Shown: positions 41,392-50,023 of the stretch, piece after piece
How the letters are laid out: each line of letters begins with the position of its first letter
Numbering within the stretch: the stretch's first letter is position 1
NCBI GenBank assembly: GCA_965217895.1
Contig: CBDCJV010000002.1
Coordinates: 224,001-288,000 of the forward strand
DNA: 64,000 nucleotides
Direction of reading: 5' to 3'
Source of the DNA: Waterburya sp.
Lineage (GTDB): Bacteria > Cyanobacteriota > Cyanobacteriia > Cyanobacteriales > Xenococcaceae
Made by a program: the position numbers and the translations under genes
Notes under the pieces: model-generated
Database searches by the model: none
What the model was told of the DNA's origin: nothing
Seen by the model: the letters and a program-made list of their open reading frames with translations, nothing else

Positions 41392-42261
41392 GTGAACAAT
41401 TATCAATTCTATTGGTTGGCTCAATCTGCGGGAGATGCTGCCAATGAAACAGCCGAACAAACCAAAAGTATTGTTTCTAAAATTACTACAGGCAAAGTTG
41501 CCCAAGCGATTTTTATCTTAATAGCCACTTATCTAATTGTAAAGCTATTAGATTGGTTAGTTAATTGGCTTTCAGAAAGAATTGCCAGGGGATGGCGACT
41601 ACGAGTCAAACAGGTTTTACCTTTTTTGCGACTGCTGTTGTTTACCTTTGTCACCGTATTTTTGATGAACTTATTTCTCAATTTGTCCAAACAAAACATA
41701 TTGGCGGTAACTGGCACGGTAGCCGTTGCCTTAGGGTTTGCGTTCAAGGATTTTGCCAGTTCAATTATCGCGGGAATAGTCGGCTTATTTGAATCTCCCT
41801 ATCGAGTGGGCGATCGCATTGAAATTGGGGACTATTATGGAGAGGTAATTAGTTACGGTGTACGCTCTATCAAGATTCAAACTCCAGATGATAATACGGT
41901 TACCATTCCCCATAATAAAATCTGGACAGAAGCAGTATCTAACGCTAATGCAGGAGAGTTAGAAGCTCAGGTGGTGACTAAGTTTTATTTTGCTCACGAA
42001 ATTGACATTAATACAGTTAAAAAAATTCTTTATCGAGTGGCTCAGACAAGTAAGTATACCCATCTTAAGCTGCCTATCGTTGTAATTATGGAGGAAAAAG
42101 CCTGGGGGACTTCGTTTAAGCTTAAGGCTTATCCCCTTGATGCAAGGGATGAATTCATTTATAAAACCGATCTAATTGCCAGAGCCAAAAGAGCTTTCGC
42201 TAAATACCAGCTTGCTTATCCCCATCTTCTAGACCTTGAAGAACTTAAAACGAAGGAATAA
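41392..42261 (+). CDS. MscS family mechanosensitive channel
   Basis: ALGFAFKD, PYRVGDRI, VTIPHN. Confidence 0.88.
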   Translation: MNNYQFYWLAQSAGDAANETAEQTKSIVSKITTGKVAQAIFILIATYLIVKLLDWLVNWLSERIARGWRLRVKQVLPFLRLLLFTFVTVFLMNLFLNLSKQNILAVTGTVAVALGFAFKDFASSIIAGIVGLFESPYRVGDRIEIGDYYGEVISYGVRSIKIQTPDDNTVTIPHNKIWTEAVSNANAGELEAQVVTKFYFAHEIDINTVKKILYRVAQTSKYTHLKLPIVVIMEEKAWGTSFKLKAYPLDARDEFIYKTDLIARAKRAFAKYQLAYPHLLDLEELKTKE

Positions 42262-42307
42262 ACTTGTTACTTGTTCTATAAATTAGCTAGTTCACCGAGA
42301 TAAATTT

Positions 42308-42703
42308 TTAGTTAAGAACTGGCTGACTAGCATCTGTAAACTCGTCAACTTTTGAAATTAAGTAATTTAGGTCAAATGGCTTATAAATTATGCCATCAGC
42401 TTTGCTATCGTCAAACTGCTTTTCTTCGAGGCGATCGACCGCAGAGACGAGTAAAATTGGTAAAGATTGGTAGTCTGGCTTTGTTTTGATTTCACGAGTA
42501 ACCTGCAAACCACTAATTTCTGGCATCATAATGTCCATCAAAACCAACTGTGGTTGAATTTGAGCGACAGTCTCCAAAGCATTTTTACCATTAGCTATTG
42601 TCTTCACCTGATACCCTGCTGATTCTAAAACCAAACTCAACAACAACGAAATATCGTCGTTATCCTCCACCACTAAAATAGGTTTACGAGACTTACTCAT
42701 CAC
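42308..42703 (-). CDS. single-domain response regulator
   Basis: VVEDNDD, LMDIMMPEISG, KPF. Confidence 0.88.
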   Translation of the reverse strand: MMSKSRKPILVVEDNDDISLLLSLVLESAGYQVKTIANGKNALETVAQIQPQLVLMDIMMPEISGLQVTREIKTKPDYQSLPILLVSAVDRLEEKQFDDSKADGIIYKPFDLNYLISKVDEFTDASQPVLN

Positions 42704-42825
42704 GACTTGCTACTGGTCAACTACAATATATTAAATCTAACCAATCATCTGGTTATGAACATCTTAATAAAGATATATATCTTTCGAGTTATAGCTAAAA
42801 TTATGTCCTGGTACTCTTGGCAGTA

Positions 42826-42858
42826 ACTACTAACTACTAACTACTAACTACTAACTAA
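42826..42858. repeat. heptamer tandem repeat (ACTACTA)n, STRR-like
   Basis: aactactaactactaactactaactactaacta. Confidence 0.8.
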
Positions 42859-42859
42859 T

Positions 42860-44212
42860 CTATTTCTCTTTTAACTGAACTTGCCCAGGTAGCTCACGCA
42901 AAATTAAGGTGTAAATATCTGTAGGCATATCAATATCTGCTGCTTCTAAAGCTTCTTTAACCTTCTGAGCAACTTTAGAAGTGGTTGCCAAAAACCCAGA
43001 TCTGCGAGAGTCTACCCAAAAGCGAATTTCCAAATTAACCGTACTAGCAGCAAGTTCACTAACTAATACATCTGGTGCAGGATTAGTTTCTACTTCTTTG
43101 AAGTTTTCTAATGCCTGGCTAATTACGGCGATCGCTTCACTAAGATCTTCTCCATAGTCAATTCCTACCATCACCGAACTACGACGACGAGGAGAAGCAG
43201 TATTATTAATTATGCTTGCCTGAAATACTTCTTGGTTAGGAATATAAACTAGCCGACCATCATAAGTTTTCATAGTTGTGGCTCTTAGTTGAACTTGAGC
43301 GATCGTGCCTTCATATTCGCCAATCACCACCTGATCGTTAATCCGAAACGGACGAGCAGCTAGTAAAATAACTCCAGAAATATAGTTACTTAATACATCC
43401 TTGAGGCTAAAACCAATTGCTACACTAGTCAGTCCTAATGCACCCAATAACGCCCCAAAGTCTAGTCCCATTACACCTAGAGCAACGATAAAACCAATTA
43501 CCCAAACTGCACCATAACTAAGTCTGCCAATCAAAAGTTCAGTATTAGAATCTCCTTCTGTTTGCTTTGCCCAAGTGTAAGCCAAATAGCGCAATATTTT
43601 GGCAGCACCCCAGGTAATGCCTATTACAACAATTGCACCTACCAATGAAGGTAAATTACCAACAATATTTTGCAGTAATTCTCTGGTAGTTGTGTACAAA
43701 CGCTGAGTAACGTCGATCGCCAGGGGTGGTTTGTCAAAAGCCGTATCTAGCTGTTGCGACCATCTTTTAGCTAAGGCTTCGGTACTTAGGCCAAAATCCT
43801 CTGCATCTTGCTGGGTAACGGTCATCAAAATGCGATTTTTAATTCTCAGGGTGGCAATTTTACGAGGGTTATCAGGGGTAATTTCTATTTTGTCTGGGCT
43901 TTCGTTTTGTGCCAATAAACTAGCTATACGGCGATTAATAATTTCTGCTCTAGCACTAGCATCAATTTGCGGTAAGCTACCAATTTGAAACACAGGGCGG
44001 TTTCTGACCAAAATATCGGCAAAATAAAGCCCGTCGCTAGGAATAGCTATTGGGGCAGGCTCAGTTGTCGTGGGAATGCTTTCTTCTTCTTGAGTTAGAG
44101 CGATAGGTGCAAAAAAAACTAAAAAAGCGATCGCCATTACTATTGAAGTAAAAAGCGATCGCCTGGCACGAACTAAGTTTAATCGTTTAAAGATAGAAAA
44201 TGAATATGACAT
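42860..44212 (-). CDS. MscS family channel with N-terminal periplasmic domain
   Basis: AIGFSLKDVLSNYISG, PFRIND, YIPN; signal-like N-terminus. Confidence 0.9.
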   Translation of the reverse strand: MSYSFSIFKRLNLVRARRSLFTSIVMAIAFLVFFAPIALTQEEESIPTTTEPAPIAIPSDGLYFADILVRNRPVFQIGSLPQIDASARAEIINRRIASLLAQNESPDKIEITPDNPRKIATLRIKNRILMTVTQQDAEDFGLSTEALAKRWSQQLDTAFDKPPLAIDVTQRLYTTTRELLQNIVGNLPSLVGAIVVIGITWGAAKILRYLAYTWAKQTEGDSNTELLIGRLSYGAVWVIGFIVALGVMGLDFGALLGALGLTSVAIGFSLKDVLSNYISGVILLAARPFRINDQVVIGEYEGTIAQVQLRATTMKTYDGRLVYIPNQEVFQASIINNTASPRRRSSVMVGIDYGEDLSEAIAVISQALENFKEVETNPAPDVLVSELAASTVNLEIRFWVDSRRSGFLATTSKVAQKVKEALEAADIDMPTDIYTLILRELPGQVQLKEK

Positions 44213-44404
44213 TAGATACTGAATCTTGAGCCAGACTGAAATAATTTAACTTAAGCTCTTATTTGATTGAGAGTTTACAGGTCTAGACTCTTTAATAGTC
44301 TCTATCTAAAGGCATAACCAGCTTGATGCTGATATTTTCTTTTAAGTCTTGGCTGATTGTTTAACAAAGCTATTAGCTTTTAGCTTTTAGCTAAACGGGT
44401 CTAA

Positions 44405-45565
44405 TACTAAATCCGATTTATAAAGTATGTAAACAACAAGCGTTTTTTAGCCAATGATAGTTAGTCAATTTACGAACTTCATCTTTCATTTCACTGACTA
44501 CACAACAACGCTCAACTAAAATGTCCTCTATCTCATTGATAGTTTCAAAATATTGATTTACCAGAGGTTCATCTACTAACTGCCATAACCTTTCGGCTGG
44601 CTGTAACTCTGGAGAATAAGGAGGTAAAAAATCAATCTTTATTCCCTCTGGAATAATCGCTTTTTTGCTGTGATGCCATCCTGCATTATCTTCTATCAAA
44701 AGAATTTTTTTTGATTATTAATTCCAGCATCAATAGCAAACTGTTGATAAACCAGATTCAGCCAATTTGTATTAACTCTGGGAATTAGATACCATAAAGT
44801 TTCTCCAGTTTTTGGCTTAACGAACCCATAAACATACAACCATTCGTATCGATGTTGTACTATTGCTTCTGGTCGATGACCAACTTTTGACCAAACCTTT
44901 TTTAGTATTGGTTTTAATCCTACTCTATGCTCGTCGAAAAACCACAGTTCTACCTCCACATCTGGATTTTCTTGTTCAAGTTGCTTAAGTTTCAATGGCA
45001 AGTTACTTTTGAACATCTCTTGCTCTAATTTATTGGCTTTTTTATGTGTTGGTCTTGGACTTTGCCAAGAGTAACCGCACTTTTTTAAGTAGTCCCATCC
45101 TCTCTGATTCCCGACTTTTTCTCTGCCCGTTTCTTTTTCAATCCAGCGAGCTACCTTAGTTCCTGTCCAGATTCCTCCGTCTGGTAACTCTTTGGCGATC
45201 GCTTTTGTTAGTTTTTCTAATTGTGGTTGTGATAGTAACCTTTTTTTTCCTCTAACATGATTGCTGGTTTTATTTTGGCAATTTTTGACCCCTTCCTCTC
45301 CATAGAGGTTGTACCGACCGAGAATCTTTTGAGCATAAGAATAAGAACATCCCACAGCGAGCGCACTATTTTTAATCGTCCATCCCAAAGATATTTTCGC
45401 GATTCAGATGCCATCTTCTCACTTCCACTGAGTTTTGACTCTTCAGATACTTTTCTTTTAGTTCAGAAGAACTAAAATGTTTTGCTAAATAAGCTGTTTT
45501 TGGCATTTAACATTTTTAAGTTATTCCTCACTATTTTATACACACTTTGGTAATCGGATTTAGTA
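44405..45565 (-). mobile_element. IS630 family insertion sequence, transposase broken by frameshifts
   Basis: TA-CTAAATCCGATT / AATCGGATTTAG-TA ends; transposase from ATG 45506 (MPKTAYLAKH) with a frameshift near 45405 and another at the A8 run 44705-44712; DE(FFDEHR), DNAGWH, LPPYSPELQPAE motifs. Confidence 0.92.
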
Positions 45566-45861
45566 TCAATAGCTGGGGCAGCTTATATATCCAGAAAGAA
45601 TTGTTCACTAGAACACAACGCATTCGTGCAATATGCGACCAGCTTGGTCTTGAAACGCTTCCTTCAGAGCGTAGTGCTAAACATATTGTCGGCATAAAAT
45701 TAAAAGCGGAGCAACAACACATAAAGCTGGCAGCCGTTCTCAAATCAGCCAACATTTATGTTAGCGTTCGCAGTGAAACGATAAGGATTGCACCACATCT
45801 TCACACCGATGAGCAAGACATCGAACGATTCTGCTCCGCGCTAGAGGAATATCTTGTTTAA
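45566..45861 (+). pseudogene. C-terminal fragment of class V aminotransferase/cysteine desulfurase-like gene
   Basis: HIVG...IYVSVR...IRIAPHLHTDEQDIERF; 5' part missing at the IS end. Confidence 0.65.
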
Positions 45862-46021
45862 AAAGGCGTAAAATAGAATGTGTTCAATTTAAGATTGAAA
45901 TTAAAGTCCGGTATTCAGTTTAATAAACTAAGTGTGGCAAAAACTCATTTTTTTTAGTTAGGCTGGAGTTATTCTTAAAATCTTATATATGTATCTAGTA
46001 AATAAATAGCTATATATAACT

Positions 46022-47971
46022 ATGAACAAAAGCTGTCAGACAAAAGTAGAAACGCAATTAGCAAATTCTACTGTTTCAAAACTCAGCAATCGAAAGAAAA
46101 ACAGCAAAATAAGCACTTCAGTAAAAAAGTTAGCTGCGGGATGGATAATTTTTCAGACCCTTTTTCTGGCAACTCCTATTTTGGCACAGCAGAAATCTAA
46201 CAATGATCTAGATTACGGTGAGTTTTTAAAAAAATTAGCAGAGAACCAAGTTACAAAAGTAGAAATTGATGAAACTACTAATCTTGCTAGCGTGACCTTA
46301 AAAGGACAGAAAAAAGACTCTCCTCCCCATGAAGTAGCCTTATTTGAGCAAAATCAGGATCTGATTCCGAAGATACGGGCTAAAAACGTCGATTTTACGA
46401 TTAAAACTTCCGTAGATCGCTCAACAACTGTAGGAATTTTGTTAAACCTACTGATCTTTTTTGTTTTGATACTAGGGCTGATTATGATTGTGCGTCGCTC
46501 TGCTAATGCTTCTGGTCAAGCTATGAGTTTTGGGAAATCCAAAGCCAAGTTTCAGATGGAAGCAAAAACGGGGATTCAGTTTAATGATGTAGCAGGAATC
46601 GAAGAAGCCAAAGAAGAGTTACAAGAAGTCGTAACCTTTCTCAAAGAACCAGAAAGATTTACGGCAATTGGGGCAAAAATTCCTAGAGGAGTATTGTTAG
46701 TTGGTCCTCCTGGGACAGGTAAAACCCTCTTAGCAAAAGCGATCGCTGGAGAAGCTGGAGTACCATTTTTTAGCATCTCTGGTTCTGAGTTTGTCGAGAT
46801 GTTTGTTGGGGTAGGTGCATCCCGCGTTCGCGATTTATTTAAAAAAGCCAAAGAAAACGCCCCCTGCATTATTTTTATTGATGAAATAGATGCAGTTGGT
46901 CGCCAAAGGGGTGCAGGGATTGGCGGAGGCAACGATGAGCGAGAACAAACTCTTAATCAATTGCTGACGGAGATGGACGGGTTTGAAGGCAATAGTGGCA
47001 TTATCGTTATTGCTGCTACCAATCGTCCTGATGTTTTAGATCAGGCTTTACTGCGTCCTGGTCGTTTTGATCGTCAGGTAATGGTAGACTATCCTGACTT
47101 ACAGGGGAGACTAGGTATCTTAGAAGTTCATGCCCGTGGCAAGAAAATTGCCCCTGAAGTATCTTTAGAGGCGATCGCTCGCCGTACCCCTGGATTTAGC
47201 GGTGCAGATTTAGCGAATCTCTTGAATGAAGCTGCAATTTTGACTGCTAGAAGACATAAAGACGCGGTGACAATGTTAGAGGTAAATGATGCCGTAGATC
47301 GCATTGTAGCGGGAATGGAAGGCATTCCTTTAGTAGATAGTAAGTTCAAAAGACTAATTGCCTATCATGAAGTTGGTCATGCGATCGTTGCTAGTATGAT
47401 TCCTGGTCACGATCCCGTAGAAAAAGTTACTATCATTCCTAGAGGAGGCGCAGGAGGTCTGACCTGGTTCACTCCAGAAGAAGAAATGGGGCTAGAAACC
47501 AAATCAAAAATTCTAGCAAAAATTACTTCGCTTTTAGGCGGTAGAGCAGCCGAAGAAATAGTATTTGGTACAGATGAGATAACTCAAGGTGCAGGTCAAG
47601 ATATTCAAATGCTGACTTCTCTAGCACGCAAAATGGTAACTAAATTTGGAATGTCAGATTTAGGCGCGTTGGCATTAGAGGGTCAAGAACAACCTGTATT
47701 CTTGGGAGGTGATTCTGGGACGAGAAACGAATATTCAGAACAGGTTGCTGCCCAAATTGATGTGCGTATCCGCAATATATCTTTAGAATGCTATGGCAAA
47801 GCTAAGAAGATAATCGGTGAGAATCGTTTAGCTATCGATCGGATTGTAGATATTTTGATTGAAAAAGAAACAATTGAGGGTAAAGAGTTTCGCAAGTACC
47901 TCGCTCAATTTTCTCCCCATTATCAATCTGAGGAAACAACAGATAAAACTCTTAGTTTGAGTAAGAAGTAG
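46022..47971 (+). CDS. ftsH: ATP-dependent zinc metalloprotease FtsH
   Basis: [33 protein letters not shown]. Confidence 0.97.
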   Translation: MNKSCQTKVETQLANSTVSKLSNRKKNSKISTSVKKLAAGWIIFQTLFLATPILAQQKSNNDLDYGEFLKKLAENQVTKVEIDETTNLASVTLKGQKKDSPPHEVALFEQNQDLIPKIRAKNVDFTIKTSVDRSTTVGILLNLLIFFVLILGLIMIVRRSANASGQAMSFGKSKAKFQMEAKTGIQFNDVAGIEEAKEELQEVVTFLKEPERFTAIGAKIPRGVLLVGPPGTGKTLLAKAIAGEAGVPFFSISGSEFVEMFVGVGASRVRDLFKKAKENAPCIIFIDEIDAVGRQRGAGIGGGNDEREQTLNQLLTEMDGFEGNSGIIVIAATNRPDVLDQALLRPGRFDRQVMVDYPDLQGRLGILEVHARGKKIAPEVSLEAIARRTPGFSGADLANLLNEAAILTARRHKDAVTMLEVNDAVDRIVAGMEGIPLVDSKFKRLIAYHEVGHAIVASMIPGHDPVEKVTIIPRGGAGGLTWFTPEEEMGLETKSKILAKITSLLGGRAAEEIVFGTDEITQGAGQDIQMLTSLARKMVTKFGMSDLGALALEGQEQPVFLGGDSGTRNEYSEQVAAQIDVRIRNISLECYGKAKKIIGENRLAIDRIVDILIEKETIEGKEFRKYLAQFSPHYQSEETTDKTLSLSKK

Positions 47972-47992
47972 CAACTAGTTAAAGCATTTTAA

Positions 47993-48042
47993 AGCGATCG
48001 CCTGTACTTAAATCCAAGCACAGGCGATCGCTTTTTATTTTT
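47993..48042. terminator. bidirectional terminator built from two HIP1 sites
   Basis: AAAGCGATCGCCTGT...ACAGGCGATCGCTTT between convergent genes. Confidence 0.7.
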
Positions 48043-48071
48043 TAATATACGTCTGTTGTCCGAGATAACTC

Positions 48072-49883
48072 TTAAAAGCCAACGCCGTTAGCATCAATAC
48101 CAACTAACTGATCCAATTGACTTTCTGATAGAGCATCGCCACCAAGATTATCATACTGCTGAATCAAAGCAGAAGCAAAAGGCGCATTGTAGCTTGTTCC
48201 AACTTCATTGGTGATCGCATCATCACGGCGGTCATTGTGAGAATAATCATCCGCATAACGAGGACCACCAACTATTGCACCATAAAGAATATGTTCGGCT
48301 GGTGTTGTAGGTTGAGCGCCTATGTTAGGAGAAGAACCTCGATGGTGAGGACGCTGAGGATAATTATCCCCAAAGCCAATCATATAGCTATAGTTAAGAG
48401 GATTATCACCTAAAATATAGTCCACTTGATTATGAGCAAAGTTGCTGTAGCGAGAATCTTGTTTAACAGTATCATTATAAAGCTGTGCAAAAAACGCAGC
48501 CGAACTAGTTACAGGAATCGAACCCCATTCAGCACGATGAGCAAAACCACCCGCCGTATATTGAATATTAGCGTTGCCATTGACCCAGTTATTTAACCAG
48601 CCTTCTACCTGACCTTTAAAGAAAGGATCTTTACTTTCTTGAGCCAAAATAACCGCAGCATCATAAGAATGCTCATCTGCTGCTGAAGACCAGTCTCCTA
48701 AACCACCAACTTTAGTTTTGAAGTAGTCTTCAGCTTTATTTAGGTAAGACTGTTCTTTTGTAGCTTTGTATAACCAAGCAGCACCAGAAGCTAACTCATC
48801 TCCAAAACCACCCCAGCTAGTATAGAAAGGATTAGCAGCAGCTACTGAATCAGAATATTTGCCCTGATAAGTTTCGGCAAACTCATATAGCTGTTTAGCG
48901 TTGGTGAGTAATTTATCGGCATAGGCATTATCTACTCCACGAAACAGCATCGAAGCTGATGCTAAAGCACTAGAAGTCAAGGCAGCCACATCAGTTCCAG
49001 GATGGGTAGGATCGATAGCAAAGGCATTACGGGTAGTGTGTTGTTCTACCGTCTCTGGCGCACCCCAATAGCCATGATCGTTAGCAACACCGCCTTCTCC
49101 AACTTGAACCCAGAGTTTGGCAGTTTTACCACCACTAGTTTCATGAGCCTTGAGGAAATAATCTGTTCCCCATTTAACAGCGTCTAAGAGTTCGTCAAAC
49201 TGTCCTGACTGCTTGTAAGCATCGGTATACTCCACACCACCCCAAGCCAGCATATTAATCGAGGCTGCCATGGGTTGACCAAATTTGACGTGATCTCCTG
49301 CATCAAAGTAACCGCCTTCTAGGTCGCGACCAACGGTACTACCGTCATGAACTGTAGCATCACCACGCCATTCGATGCGGTTGTCAGGTCCCAAGTCTCC
49401 AGAGCGATTGGCTTCTAAGAAGAGGAAGTTTTTTTGTAGGGCTTCACCGTAGGCGAATTTACCTTTTTGTCCTACAGATTTACCTGGCTCATTGGGAATA
49501 TTAACCGGAGTACTAGGAGTTGTTGGTTTTGGAGTAGAGATTGGGTCTGGAGTAGATATTGGATCGACTAGATTGCTATCAAATTGAGGAGTTAATGCTT
49601 GTTGCCCATTGTCGTCAACGATGAAGATTGGTTTGATAGATTGTCCTGTTTTGAGGCTTACTTGGTCGTTTTGACCGCTAATAGTATACGTGCCGTTGCC
49701 ATTATCTACTAGATCTACGCCATAAGTTTCTTTGATAGTGTAAGGAAGATTAAATTCTAGTTTCCATTGGTTAGCATCTGATTTTGGGGTTAAGTCTAGT
49801 TCTAATTTGTAGCCATTTTGCCAGTCTTCAGTTATCGAAGCGTTGGTGTTGAAAATTGAGTTGGATGTTGTGTTAGTAGCCAT
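48072..49883 (-). CDS. glycoside hydrolase family 9 endoglucanase with N-terminal CBM2-like domain and Pro/Thr linker
   Basis: DLEGGYFDAGDHVKF, KWGTDYFLK, PHHR, NEVGTSYNA; N-terminal EDWQNGY. Confidence 0.88.
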   Translation of the reverse strand: MATNTTSNSIFNTNASITEDWQNGYKLELDLTPKSDANQWKLEFNLPYTIKETYGVDLVDNGNGTYTISGQNDQVSLKTGQSIKPIFIVDDNGQQALTPQFDSNLVDPISTPDPISTPKPTTPSTPVNIPNEPGKSVGQKGKFAYGEALQKNFLFLEANRSGDLGPDNRIEWRGDATVHDGSTVGRDLEGGYFDAGDHVKFGQPMAASINMLAWGGVEYTDAYKQSGQFDELLDAVKWGTDYFLKAHETSGGKTAKLWVQVGEGGVANDHGYWGAPETVEQHTTRNAFAIDPTHPGTDVAALTSSALASASMLFRGVDNAYADKLLTNAKQLYEFAETYQGKYSDSVAAANPFYTSWGGFGDELASGAAWLYKATKEQSYLNKAEDYFKTKVGGLGDWSSAADEHSYDAAVILAQESKDPFFKGQVEGWLNNWVNGNANIQYTAGGFAHRAEWGSIPVTSSAAFFAQLYNDTVKQDSRYSNFAHNQVDYILGDNPLNYSYMIGFGDNYPQRPHHRGSSPNIGAQPTTPAEHILYGAIVGGPRYADDYSHNDRRDDAITNEVGTSYNAPFASALIQQYDNLGGDALSESQLDQLVGIDANGVGF

Positions 49884-50023
49884 AATGAGTAACTTTTTTT
49901 TTGTTGAACTTGTTACCTTTATAAAAGCTTTACAAACTCTTTACCGTGACTTCATAACTCCTGCCGTGTGGATATAGATCACAATTTTTATTGAGGTGAG
50001 TTTTTGATGGCGAGGGGTGCTAC

